A stretch of 64,000 nt of DNA, taken from Amoebidium appalachense. Its lineage: Eukaryota > Protista > Ichthyosporea. Under the pieces are notes generated by a model. That model was not told where the DNA came from and did not search any database. It was given only the letters and a program-made list of their open reading frames with translations. The stretch lies in NCBI GenBank assembly GCA_963693365.1, contig CAVNZM010000010.1, positions 2,914,001 through 2,978,000 of the forward strand, read 5' to 3'. The position numbers and the translations under genes were made by a program. This document shows, piece by piece, positions 1-34,758 of the stretch (position 1 is its first letter; every line of letters starts with the position of its first letter).

Positions 1-2
1 TG

Positions 3-21477
<21,475 letters not shown>

Positions 21478-23247
21478 TCTGTTTTTTTTTTAAGGCAATA
21501 GACTATATATATATATATTTTTCTTTTTCTTCCTCTTTTTTATCTATTTCTTGCCCTTGATTTGTGGAACCGAGTATAACGTGGTTGTGTAACTTTGTAC
21601 CGTGGATAAGTATTACTTATGTGATAGATATTAGGCCAGACATAAATTATTTATCAATGGTGGTCATTAGCCATCATATGGTTATGCGATGGATCGGTAA
21701 AGATGTATAATGTTTATCCGGAAAGGCCTTATTACACATCAAATACACACTAATAGATATGTTGCAGATATACAGTACCAAAATTATGCAATTAATCCAG
21801 TGGATATACCCTAGAGATGTAGCTACAGATGTATCTGGCTATCTGTATGGGTATCAACCCAGATAGCTGTTATAGTGATATTTTAAGTATTAGATACGGG
21901 TGTAAATGGATATCCCAAAACATGTATGTTTGTTAAGTGTTAGGCATTAGGTTGGACATCTACTTTGATATGTTTGTTTTTCATGCATTAGGTATCAACA
22001 TAGGTGCCGAGTGCATATGTAGGTGTATATGTATCCGCATATCATGTTGGATATTAAGCTTAGATATTGTGAATGGTGATGCATAAGTATACTAATATCG
22101 ACATATATTGGATGGGTGCATATGGATAGCCGTTGGAGATCGGTATGGGGGTCTATTGTGATATGTATTTTCGTCATGCATTGGATATTAGTATTAGGGT
22201 CTAGTGGTTGGGCAAATGCAGCTGTATCAAGATATCTGTATGGATGTTGATCCTAGATAACCAGTATAGCTATCCATTGTGTCTTAGTATGATTGTCAAT
22301 AATTGGACATCAGCGTGCGGGTGTATATGGATAACCGTCAGAGCCATATTTGGTGATCTAATTGGATATGTGGAATCGTCATGCTTTGGTTATTATAGGA
22401 GGGTCTAGTGGACAAGCAAATGCGTATGTATCTGGATATCGGAATGGATATCCATGGAACGTATCCAATATGGGCATGCATTGTTCATTAGCGTTGGGGT
22501 CAAGTGCACATGTATTAGCGATCCATCTGGATATTATAATGGATATCCAATATGGACATCCACTATAGACCGCCATTGGATATACTTGTTAGGTGTATTG
22601 CATGTCTTGCTACAGGGATATCTTGATATCTGTATGGGGATTTTGATCGGATATCCTTGTCAGTCATGTATTGGATATGTTGTTACTGATCCAGTCTAAT
22701 ATACAGCTAAGCATCCAAATGGATATCCAGAATGTTACATATCCATATAGCTATCCAACGGAGGAATGCAGTTGAAATTCCATCATTGGATATCCAGCGT
22801 CGATATCCATTGTGGGCATCTGTCTAATATCCAATACATGCCGAACCAACCAGGTGGCGTTTGATGTCTGCATTCATATGCATCTAATGTGTATTTAATG
22901 GCCATTATAGGTGCACTTATGTATCCATATATGCATTGATTGCATATCCAGATATGTGATATCACAACGATGCCCAATGGAGGTACAGCATGGATATCCA
23001 TATGTGATATCTATTGGGGGTGCAATATCTTGATCACTATCTAAGCATGCAACTACATACATATTGGACATTGGTTGGAGGTCAGGAGGAAATAGACATG
23101 TTGTATATATCCAGTGGATGGTATTGATATGTTCGACTGAAACCATCCTACATATCGTGTGGATATCCAAAAGCTATTCATTAATATACAGTTGCATATC
23201 CTAGATGGGTTTGATATGTTTTGGATGTTCGCGCAAGATTGCTGATG

Positions 23248-24365
23248 TAGGAGGACCGTGGAATGTGATAAGTTCGGGCAGAAGCCCTTTGTAAATATTG
23301 GCAAGTTTTGATAGTGTATGCTGCCAAACGTATTTATGTATTTCGATGTAGAAGAAAGGGGGGAGGGAGGGGGGGGAGGGGATAGTATGAAATGTAGATT
23401 TAGACTCTGCGGTGCCACTAGGGGAAGGGTGACTCAGGTGAGACTGGATAAATATATTAGTTTGAGACGATCGACTTAGCTCGTGCAGGCGCACGATTAA
23501 GTAGATCGGAATGTATGGAATGTGGCATCGTAGGGGGGCCAGGTGATGATGATCTTGTAGGGCACGGCCTTGATGGCCTCAGTTGTGACTTAGCCTCATT
23601 CCGTACGGATCTAAGTTTGCCCGTCGGAGCCTGGTCTGAATAAACTTTACCGTTTTCAGTTACACGTTCGTTCCTTTCCGTGTGTGTACACTTAGTAGAG
23701 TACCGCCGCGTCTCTAATACATACACGTTAGGTTATGACACCGGGGCCTCAAGATCAGCTGTACGGCTGCGGGCATCTTGTCTCTGCAGGCGCAGGGCAG
23801 GACCACGTCAGCCTGGAGCAGCCGACCAATAGGATTAGTAATCAAGTGTATAGGATAGATGATCTTAGGAGGACTTAAAAATGCAATAAGTTCGGGCAGA
23901 TGCCCTGGTAAATATTGGCAAGTTCTGATAGTGTAATCTGCCAAAGTGTATATATATATATATATATTGATGTACAGGAAGGAGTAGAGGGGGGAGGGGG
24001 GGGAGATAGAATGAAATGTAGACTTAGACTCCGCGGTGCCACTAGGGGGAGGGAGAGGGGAGAGACAAAGATGTGTATATTAGAGTGATCAGCCGATAGA
24101 CTTAGCTCGTGCAGGCGCACGATAGAATTCATTAGATCGGAATGCATGGAATGTGGCATCGTGGGGGGGCCGGGTGATGATGATCTTTGGGGGCACGGCC
24201 TTGATGGCCGCAGTTGTGACTTAGCTTGGTTCCGTTTGGATCTCAGGTTGCCCGTCGGAGCCCGGCCTAGAATAAACTTTGCAGTTTTTTACGTATACGT
24301 TCGTTCCTTTCCGTGTGTGTACACTTAGAAGAGTGCCGCGTCTCTTATTACACACATGTTAGGAT
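23248..24365. repeat. Diverged tandem duplication (period ~620 bp) into which the Plavaka element inserted
   Basis: The blocks ATAAGTTCGGGCAGA.., GACTTAGCTCGTGCAGGCGCACGAT, ATGGAATGTGGCATCGT.. and CCTTTCCGTGTGTGTACACTTAG each occur twice, in the same order. Confidence 0.8.
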
Positions 24366-24379
24366 ACGACAGAAATTGA

Positions 24380-24840
24380 GTCAGCGGCCGAGTTTGTGAA
24401 TTATGTCATGACCACAAGTGCCGCACGGGCAGTGACAGTTCATAATTTGTGGCGTGACCGATTTCAGGTACACCACCACTCCTCGTGCAAGCAGGCAGTA
24501 AGAATTCTGAACTTGCATCAGTGAACGAGTTTTTGATCTCATCCGTGCAAACGGGCAGTGATCATTGCTAAAAGTTAAGTCAACGACCGATTTTGTGATT
24601 AATTAACAATTGTGAAAACGGGCAGTGAAATTCCTTAATTCGTGTCTGCAGTGACTGTGTTTCAGGTACTAAAGGTACACCAAAACTCCTCGTGTAAAGG
24701 GGCAGTGAGATTTCTGAATTTGCCTTAGTGACCGAGTTTGTGATCGCATCCAGGCAAATGGGCAGTGAACATTAATATTGTGAGATTGAATCAGCGACGG
24801 AGTTTGTGATTCATGACCACTCGTGCAAACAGGCACTGGG
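24380..24840. repeat. Degenerate tandem repeat of ~60-65 bp with a (AAC)GGGCAGTGA core
   Basis: The GGGCAGTGA-like core followed by GACCGA(G/T)TTT recurs about 7 times. Confidence 0.55.
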
Positions 24841-24872
24841 AATCCTTCATCCTTATGCCAACACACACACCG

Positions 24873-24989
<117 letters not shown>

Positions 24990-25043
24990 CACACACAGTG
25001 GCAGGTGTATACACTAAGATATCTGGACTCGGTCAGTGCCTTT

Positions 25044-25080
<37 letters not shown>

Positions 25081-25813
25081 GTCCTTTTTCCTGCCCCCAT
25101 TTGCCCGCCAAACCCAGGGAAACTCTCTCTTAGTATTTGCAACCTTGGCAGCAGCCCCTTCCCCCCCACTTGCTACAATACTAGTTGTACCCTGCCACGT
25201 GCTCTGACAGGGCCACTGCAGCAGGGAGGGGTCCAAAGGGGTTTCGAATTCCCTGTGTCGTGCCACGTGTGGCTGCCGCAGACAGCGGCCAAGTGGGTAC
25301 CCGTGTATGCAGAGTGCCCCCTGCCTGGCCAGCACCAGCACACACCTGGCTGCCCGGTCTCAGCGCAGCCAGGGGGCTGCAGGCACCACGGTGGTTGCAC
25401 GTGCTGGGTGGGCGTCAGGGCTGGCAGGTAGGCGTCAGCCACAGTCCACTGCTGGGCTGCAGCAGGTTAGAATGGGTCTGTGGCTGCGGCGGTGGTCTGT
25501 GCAGAGCCATAGGCTGAGGGGGCACATGGTGCAGGCACGCTGCAGCAGCACACCCACCAACCAGCACCCACCGCGCTAGGGTTTCTGCATGTATCACTGC
25601 ATACATCCTCAGCCAGATACATAGCACTGTGGGCCACCGTTTTCTTCTTTGTAGCTGTGACTCGGTGAGGCCTATCGTGGGTTTCGACGCACTGCACACG
25701 CATCGTTTGCTTTCGTTTGTGCGCAGCCGAACAGGCTGTCACTGTGTGCAGGAATGTGGCGCATACCTCGTCATCTGCCAGCTGGCTCACTCAGTGCGCA
25801 ATCGTGTACAGTA

Positions 25814-26380
25814 GGTGGTATTGCATAGGGCCGTGATGTCATCTAGGAATCCTAGATTTCGTGATGGCCGATCTAGCAAACGTTACGTATATCTGACTGA
25901 CGAATTCTAGATTCTCGTTTCGTATTGCATAAAGCAAAGGCAGCCGGAAATAATGCAGTAGAGCTTTTTTCTGTTGATATTTCCATATGGAACCCACCAT
26001 ACTCTCGTTTTAACAGTTTTTTGATGGGCATCTGCAGACGTGCAGCTCGCGCATCGTGTATACCGTAGGCGAGTAGTACATGATTGAAAACCAATCGGCG
26101 TCAGTGAGTATCTGCTCAACCTGATTTAAACCCAATCGCGGCGCATACCGAAGATCTAAACCGTTCTCGAACCAGTCTTAGACTTTGGGAAACTGGGTGG
26201 GGGTGGGGGGGCGGGCAACCCAGACTCTAGGATTTAGGATTCCTACGGATCTTGTGAATCACGCATAGTCCTCCAGGATCTGTGCATTCGACCAATCGCA
26301 GGATTGCCGGAAAAATGCAAGATCGGCCGTGACGAAATCTAGGATTCCTAGATGACGTCACGGCTCTATGCAATGCCACC
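25814..26380. mobile_element. MITE-like element of ~567 bp with ~60-bp TIRs
   Basis: GGTGGTATTGCATAGGGCCGTGATGTCATCTAGGAATCCTAGATTTCGTGATGGCCGATCT (25814-25874) is an imperfect inverted copy of 26320-26380. Flanks are CAGTA and CAGTC (imperfect TSD). No credible ORF inside. Confidence 0.8.
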
Positions 26381-26633
26381 CAGTCAGCTGTTTGTAGGTA
26401 GTCGTAGTAAAAACTCTCAGTGAGACACAACGGCACACAGAAGGCTTACAGACACACACGACCCTATGTGCTGAGTGGCCAGCAAGCAACACACAAAGCA
26501 TTGAGCGTATGCAGTCACGCAGGTGCTAACAGGCCCGCCAGGTGTGCGCAGCCACCAACCTCAGTCGCCGTGTGTGGCTGTGCAGTCTACGTGCGGTGCG
26601 GCTTGGGGCCGTGCCTGTCTTCTTGTTTGCACC

Positions 26634-27154
26634 ATGGAGAGTCTCGTGCGTCTTGGCCGCCGCACGTCCAGGCCTGTGGCCAGTGCGCAGGAGCCCAGCC
26701 GCGCAGCCCTGGCACCCCCCCCTGAGGGCAACGGGGCCACGCTCACGTTCAGAGAGTTCGAGGAGCGCCTGCCGGCATACAGCCCAGCCCCTGTGCCCGA
26801 CATAGTGGCCCCTGCAGACACCCCCCCAGTCATACCCCGCAAGCGCACGCAGAGGTGGTGTAGCCCCCCTCATCCCTGCACTCTGCTTTTCCACCGAGCG
26901 CCTGCACCCACTCACTTTCTCCCCCCCCAGTGCGGCGGCTGTCACCAGCCTTCTGTCTGACCAGCCACCCCCAAGACCTCCGCGACCCTCTGGGGGGGTA
27001 CGTATGCAGGCGGGTGGGCCGGCCAGGGGGCGTGAGGGTGTGGGCGCACTCAAGGGAAGGGGGGGTGGGGGGGGGGGAGGAGGGAGGGAGGGCGGGGAGA
27101 AGGTCGAAGACATAAGGGTAAGGGAGGGTTATGTACGAAGACGGGGGGAATGGT

Positions 27155-27226
<72 letters not shown>

Positions 27227-27512
27227 TGTGTGTGTATGTGTGTGTGTGTGTGTGTGTGGAGGGGGGGGTTTCTGGTTATTAACACACGGACAGAGGGAGG
27301 AGGGGACTGGGGAGGCAGGCAGCAGCACCCGCAGCAGACCACAGCAACAGTCGGGAGGGTGCGTGTGTGTGTCTGCAGGAGAGGTGGGGAGGGCGGGGGC
27401 GGATGCAGGGCTGAGGGGGTGGCAGGGTGGAGCTGGAGCTGGACTGGGACCCGACCCTGCCGGCCATCATATTGGACAACGGGTCAGGCAGGCTCAAGGC
27501 GGGGTACGTGCT

Positions 27513-27556
<44 letters not shown>

Positions 27557-27859
27557 GTGTGTGTGTGTGTGTGCTGACACTTGGTGCAGGTTCAGCAACG
27601 AGGCCGTGCCCAGCTGTGTGTTCCCCTCCATGGTCGGGAGGCTGCGCTACCGCCCAACCCTCGGCTCGATGGCCCCCGTGAGTGCACACACAGGGGGGAG
27701 AGGAGGGGGGGCGGGTTACGGGGGGGTTGGGACTGAGGGGGTTGCAGGGCAAGGTGCAGGAGCGCTACATAGGCGACCAGGCACAGACCAAGCGGGGCAT
27801 ACTGGCCCTTAACTACCCCATAGGTGTGTGTGTGTGTGTATGTGTGTGTGTGTGTGTGT

Positions 27860-27893
<34 letters not shown>

Positions 27894-27904
27894 CTGTGTG
27901 TGTG

Positions 27905-27941
<37 letters not shown>

Positions 27942-28494
27942 ACTGTGGCTGCAGAGCACGGCATCGTGGTCAACTGGGACGACATGGAGGCTGTGTGGCA
28001 GTACGCATTTGACAGCCACCTGAGAGTCGACCCCAGCAATCAGCCCCTGCTGCTGTACGTGGGTGGGAAGGAGGGGCGCGGTGGGGGTGGTGGGGGTGGT
28101 GGGGGTGGTGGGGGGGCAGGGGGAGGGGGATTGGGGGGGTAGCGCGGGAGGGGGGAAGGGGGTGTGTGTGTGTGTGTGTGTGTATGTGGGGGGTGGAGGG
28201 AGTTGGGGTGGGGGTTTGGGGGGTGGGGTCGGGGGGGTGGGGTGGGGGGTTTTTTTTTGGGGAGGGGAGAAGGGGGGAGGGGGGAGGGGGGTGGGGGGGA
28301 GGGTGGAGGGGGCATGGGAGGAGGAGATAGTGGTGGTGACAGTGGCGGGCGGGGGGAGGGGGAGGGTTGGTAGGGGTGGTGGGGGGGCAGGTTTGTGGGG
28401 TCGGTTTTTTTTTAATGGGGGGGAGGGGGGTAAGTTGGTGGTGGTGATGGTGCCGGGGGCAAGGGGGGAGGGAGGGAGGGGGAGGAGGACAATA

Positions 28495-28527
<33 letters not shown>

Positions 28528-30353
28528 GGTTGAGGTGGGAGGGAGGGGAGGGCTGAAGTGGTCGGGGCACAGGACGGAGGCACCACTCAACCCCATCAAC
28601 AATCGAGCAAAGATGGTGGAGGTCATGTTTGAACGCTTTAACGTGCCCGGCATACAGGTGGCCGTGCAGGTACGGTCAGGGCACGGGCACACACATGCAT
28701 GCACAGCATATACAGGCACACACATACGTGCACAGCATATACAGGCACACACATGCATGCACAGCATATACAGGCACACAAAGTTGTACAGGCATGTACA
28801 CGGATATACACGCACACACAGGCATGTACAGGCACGTGCCTGCATGTACAGGGGTAAACAGGCATACACAGGAATGGATGCGTATTCACAGGCACATACA
28901 TGCACACACAGGCACATACATGCACATACAGGCACATACATGCACACACAGGCACATACATGCACGTACAGGCACATACATGCACGTACAGGCACATACA
29001 TGCACACACAGGCACATACATGCACACACAGGCACATACATGCACACACAGGCACATACATGCACATACAGGCACATACATGCACACACAGTCGCATACA
29101 TGCACACACAGGCGCATGCATGCACACACAGGCACATGCATGCACACACAGGCACATGCATGCACACACAGGCATATGCATGCACACACAGGCATATGCA
29201 TGCACACACAGGCATATGCAGGCGCAAGCAGGCATACATTACAGCCACGCACAAGGTGAACACAGGCGTGTACAGGCATATGCAGGCACACATATGTACA
29301 CATGCAAGCGCATGTATGGGCACACAATAGTTTTACAGGCGTGCATGTCTGTGCATACACACGTGCTTGTGCAGGCACACACAGGCACTTACCGGCACGC
29401 ATGCAGTCAAACACAGGCATATGCAGGCACACACACACTGCATTTCTGTGTGCCGACACCACATGCCCTAGGTATGCACACGTGCACTCAGACGCCGACA
29501 CACACAGAACCCGTGGATACAGATGGGTGAATGCATGCCTACACACACAAACAAACACACACAGGTGCACACACGTTACATGCCCACACCACACACACAC
29601 AAACAGCTCATACACCAGCACATCGGCATCACCATACCTATAACCCCCCCCCCCCTCCCCCCCCCTCCTCCCCCCCTCGCCCCGGCCCTCTACATACACC
29701 TGCACCCAAAAACACACCTTTACACGAGCACAGATACACGTACACACACACATACTCACAGATACACGTACACACACACATACTCACAGATACACGTACA
29801 CACACACATACTCACAGATACACGTACACACACACATACTCACAGATACACGTACACACACACATACTCACAGATACACGTACACACACACATACTCACA
29901 GATACACGTACACACACACATACTCACAGATACACGTACACACACACATACTCACAGATACACGTACACACACACATACTCACAGATACACGTACACACA
30001 CACATACTCACAGATACACGTACACACACACATACTCACAGATACATACCTACACACACACATACTCACAGATACACGTACACACACACATACTCACAGA
30101 TACACGTACACACACACATACTCACAGATACACGTACACACACACATACTCACAGATACACGTACACACACACATACTCACAGATACACGTACACACACA
30201 CATACTCACAGATACACGTACACACACACATACTCACAGATACACGTACACACACACATACTCACAGATACACGTACACACACACGTACACACACACATA
30301 CTCACAGATACACGTACACACACACATACTCACAGATACACACACAAACACAT

Positions 30354-30395
<42 letters not shown>

Positions 30396-30496
30396 ACGCA
30401 CACGCACACGCACACGCACACGCACACGCACACGCCCATGCACACGCACACGCACACGCACACGCACACGCACACCCCGCACACGCACACACGCAC

Positions 30497-30571
<75 letters not shown>

Positions 30572-31563
30572 CGCTGCTGGCACTGATGGGCACTGGGCGG
30601 ATGGACGGCCTTGTGGTGGATGTGGGTGACGGTGTCACTCACACGGCACCCGTGGCTGGGGTAGGTGGCAGGCTGTGTGCATGTGGCTCATGGTGGATGG
30701 CAGTATGTGTGGGGCATGGGTGTGTTTGGCATGTTTATGGCACCTGTGTGTGTGTGTGCATTATGCTGATGGTGTCTGCCTGTGTGTCTGTGGCTGTGTG
30801 CACGTGCCTGTGTGTCTGTGTCTGTGTCTGTGTGTTTCTGTGGCTGTGTGCCTGTGTGTGCATGTGGCTGTGTGCCTGTGTGTGCATGTGGTTGTTTGCC
30901 TGTGTGTGCATGTGGCTGTGTGCCTGTGTGTGCATGTGGCTGTGTGCCTGTGTGTGCATGTGGCTGTGTGCCTGTGTATGCATGTGGCTGTGTGCCTGTA
31001 TGGGCATGTGGCTGCGTGCCTGTGTGCCTGTGTGCCTGTGTGTGCCTGTGCCTGTGTGCCTGTGGCTGTGTGCATGTTGCTGTGTGCCTGTGTGTGCCTG
31101 TGGCTGTGTGGCTGTTGCTGACATCTGGTTGCAGGGGCACCTGCTCAAGCATGCGGTCAAGCGGCAGAACCTTGCAGGCAGAGACCTGACAGACTACCTC
31201 ATATGGCTGCTCATGCAGAAGGGGTGCGTGTGTGTACGTGGGTGTGTGGCTGGGGGGGATGCTGACCGGGAGAGGGCTATAGGTACTACTTCACAACAAC
31301 GGCAGAGAGAGAACTTGTGCGCACCATGAAGGAGGAGGTCTGCATGGTGGTACGTGGGGAAGGGGGTGCATTGTGGTGGGTGGGGGGGGGGTGCATTGTG
31401 GTAGGATGCATGGCATGTGCCGTGAACTGGAGGTGTGGGATTGATGGAGAAAAGGGGTTGCAGTGGGGAGGTGGGGGTAGTGGGGGACAGTTTAGTTCAG
31501 GTGGGGTGCGCGCTTACTTCTTTTTTCTTTTTCCTTTTTTTCAAGGGCAAGGGGGTGAGAGAA

Positions 31564-31600
<37 letters not shown>

Positions 31601-31894
31601 TGTGGGTGTGTGTATGTGGGTGGGGGGAGGGGGGGAGGGGGGAGGGGGGGCATGTGGGGGTGTGTGGTCATATATGGAGGTGTGTGGTCATATAAGTGGG
31701 TGTGTGACCATGGTTGCTGCAGGCACTGGACTTCCAGGAGGAGTACTCAGCCATCAAGGCAAAGCCGGATGAGAACATGGTGGCATTTGAACTGCCTGAT
31801 GGCCAGGTGGGGGGGGGGGGGCTTGGCAGGGGGGGGGACGGAGAATTGCTAAGAGAGGGGCATATGGGAGTTAGCAGAGTGAGGGACGGGTGGG

Positions 31895-31951
<57 letters not shown>

Positions 31952-34398
31952 TGGGGGGGGGGGGGAAGAAGGGGGGGGGGGGGGGGGAGAAGGATTAACA
32001 GAGAAAGGGTCGGGAAAAAATTAGGACGGGTTGGATACCATGAGGGATGAGTGGAATTAGAGGGGCTGGAAGAGTACTGGGCAGCATGAGGAGGGGGGTG
32101 GGGACTGATTGGCTCTGCAGGTGGTGAGGGTGGAGGAGGAGCAGGTCACGTGCCCTGAGCTGCTGTTCCAGCCGCACATGTGGGGTAGGTCATTAGCCTT
32201 ATATGGTATGCAGGGTTACCATACATGGTGGATAGAGGTATTATGGGTGGTGCATGGTTACCATAGATGGGTGGATAGAGGTATTAGGGTGGTGCATGGT
32301 TACCATATATGGGTGGATATTATGGGTGGTGCATGGTTACCATATATAGGTGGATAGAGGTATTATGGGTGGTGCATGGTTACCATATATGGATGAATAG
32401 AGGTATGCCGTATGTGGGTGGGCACACACTACCATAAATGGGCGGATGCAGGCATATCACCAGGTGTGGATTATTGAACTGGGTGCAGACAGGCTACCTT
32501 ATATGGAATGCATGTGATGATGTATGGGTTGGGCTCCCTATCTTGGGCCTGTGGTTGGGATGTGGTTGTCTGTTTAGTAGTGGTATTGGGGCTAATAGGG
32601 GCACATGCATGGTATTGGGGCTAATAGGAGCACATGCATGGTACTGGGGCTAACAGGGGCACATGCATGGTATTGGGGCTAATAGGGGCAAATGCATGGT
32701 ACTGGGGCTAATAGGGGCACATGCATGGTATTGGAGCTAATAGGGGCACATGCATGGTACTGGGGCTAATCGGCACACATGCATGGTATTGGGGCTAATA
32801 GGGGCACATGCATGGTATTGGGGCTAATAGGGGCACATGCATGGTGGGGGGGATAGGGGCACATGCACACGTGGCTGACGTTTGTGCAGGGCGGGAGCTC
32901 AAGGGGCTGCATGAGCTGGTGCAGGCCAGCGTGCAGGACTGTGCAAATGACCTGCGCAGGTGCGTGGGTGGGAGTTTCGTAAATTTGCGCTGGTGTGTGC
33001 ATTTGTGCAATTGGTTGTTGGTTTGCCTGTGTGCCTGTGGGTTGCCCTGAGGCCCTGCACACTTGTTGCCTCTGCCCGTGTGTGTCCCATGCACGTGCCT
33101 CTGCCCGTGTGTGTCCCATGCACGTGCCTCACAAACCATTTAGGACGCTGTATGGCAACGTGCTGCTGTCTGGGGGCACCACCACCTTCGACTTCCTCGA
33201 TGCAAGACTGAGGGCTGAGCTGGAACCCATGGTGCCTGGAAATACAAGGGTAGGGGGTTAGATATTCAAGGGTAGGGGGGTTGGATATACAGGGGTAGGG
33301 GGGTTGGATATGCAGGGGTAGGGGGGTTGGATATACATGGGTAGGGGTTGGATATACAGGGGTAGGGGGGTTGGATAGGGGTTGGATATACAAGGGTAAG
33401 GGGGTTGGATATACGGGGGTAGGGGGTTGGATATACAGGGGTAGGGGGGCTAGATAGGGGTTGGATATACAAGGTTAGGGGCTTGGATATGCAGAGTAGG
33501 GGGGTTGGATATGCAGAGTAGGGGGGTTGGATAGGGGTTGGAAATACACGGGTAGGGGGGTTGGATGTACAAGGCTAGGGGGGTTGAGTAGGGGTTGGAA
33601 ATACACGGGTAGAGGGGTTGCATGTACAAGGCTAGAGGGGTTGGATATACAAAGGTAGGGGGGTTGGATATACAGGGGTAGGGGGGTTGGATATACAGGG
33701 GTAGGGGGGTTGGATATACAGGGGTAGGGGGGTTGGATGTGCAAGGGTAGGGGGGTTGGATAGGGGTTGGAAATACATGGGTAGGGGGTGTTGGATATAC
33801 AAAGGTAGGGGGGTTGGATATAATGAGGTAGGGGGGTTGGATATACAGGGGTAGGGGGGTTGGATATACAAGTGTAGGGGAGTTGGATATGCAAGGGTAG
33901 GGGGGTTGAATAGGGGTTGGAAGTACATGGGTAGGGGGGTTGGATATGCAGGGTGTGGGGGAGGGGGGGGGGATGGAAATGTGGGATAGGGGGTTGGAAA
34001 CACGGCTGTTGGGGGTGGAAACACCCAGGAGCGCCCGGGGGGAAGGGGGGGGGGGGGGGGATTAGAGCAGCACAGGGTTGATGGTGATGAGGGGGGCTGC
34101 AGGTGCGTGTCAGTGCGCCAGATGACCGACAGTACCTCGTGTGGAAGGGGGCAGCATGGCTGGCAGCTCAAGATGTGTTCCTGCCCTCATGGGTTACAAG
34201 AAGAGAGTACGAAGGTGTGTGAGTTGTATGCTGCTTGGGGGGTGAGGGCGTGGGGTGCTGCACGTGTATGTGTATATCTTGTCTGTGTGTGTGTTTTGAA
34301 GAGATAGCAGGCTTATGGGTGTGTATGAGTGTATGAATTGTTGGATTTTGACGTGTGGGTGGGGTTGTGGTGGTGATGGTGGTGGTGCGTGTGCGTGT

Positions 34399-34429
<31 letters not shown>

Positions 34430-34588
34430 GGGGGGGGAGGGGAGGGGGGGAGGGGGGAGGGGAGGGGGAGGGGGGTAGTATTAACGGGTGTGTGCATTTA
34501 TTTTGGGCAGCGCCCCCAGAGGAAGTGTTTTTTTTTTTTTTTTTTTTTGTTTCTTTGGTTATATTTGTGTGGTGGTGGTGGCGGCGGT

Positions 34589-34651
<63 letters not shown>

Positions 34652-34758
34652 GGGGGGGGTCGGGGGGTGGGGGGGGGGGGGGGTTGCATGCTGACTTTTT
34701 CCGATTTGCAGAGAGAGGACCTGATGCCATGGCAGCCAAGGCCTTCTACGTGGGATAG
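26634..34758 (+). CDS. Divergent actin / actin-like protein, ~17 exons, with a probable Pro-rich N-terminal extension
   Basis: In-phase GT-AG exons encode [13 protein letters not shown]|[36 protein letters not shown]|[29 protein letters not shown]|[78 protein letters not shown]|ERGP..FYVG*. The first three exons (26634-27358) are less certain. Confidence 0.9.
28690..30345. repeat. Intronic minisatellites: 20-bp (CAGGCACATACATGCACACA)n and 28-bp (CACACACACATACTCACAGATACACGTA)n
   Basis: Tandem units directly visible at ~28690-29290 and ~29730-30345. Confidence 0.9.
32200..32870. repeat. Intronic minisatellites (~43-bp GGTGGTGCATGGTTACCAT.. and 29-bp GGTATTGGGGCTAATAGGGGCACATGCAT)
   Basis: Tandem units directly visible. 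Confidence 0.85.
33237..33955. repeat. 24-bp G-rich minisatellite (TTGGATATACAGGGGTAGGGGGG)n beginning inside actin exon 15
   Basis: Roughly 25-30 units; the first unit straddles the exon/intron junction at 33249/33250. Confidence 0.9.

Noticed and set aside
23248-24365. Coding remnants in the tandem duplicate
   Set aside because: The frames I translated contain stops and no family motif was recognised; reported only as a repeat.
25170-25800. GC-rich minus-strand region with possible splice sites (putative gene divergent from the actin-like gene)
   Set aside because: Could not assemble a consistent ORF with any recognisable motif.
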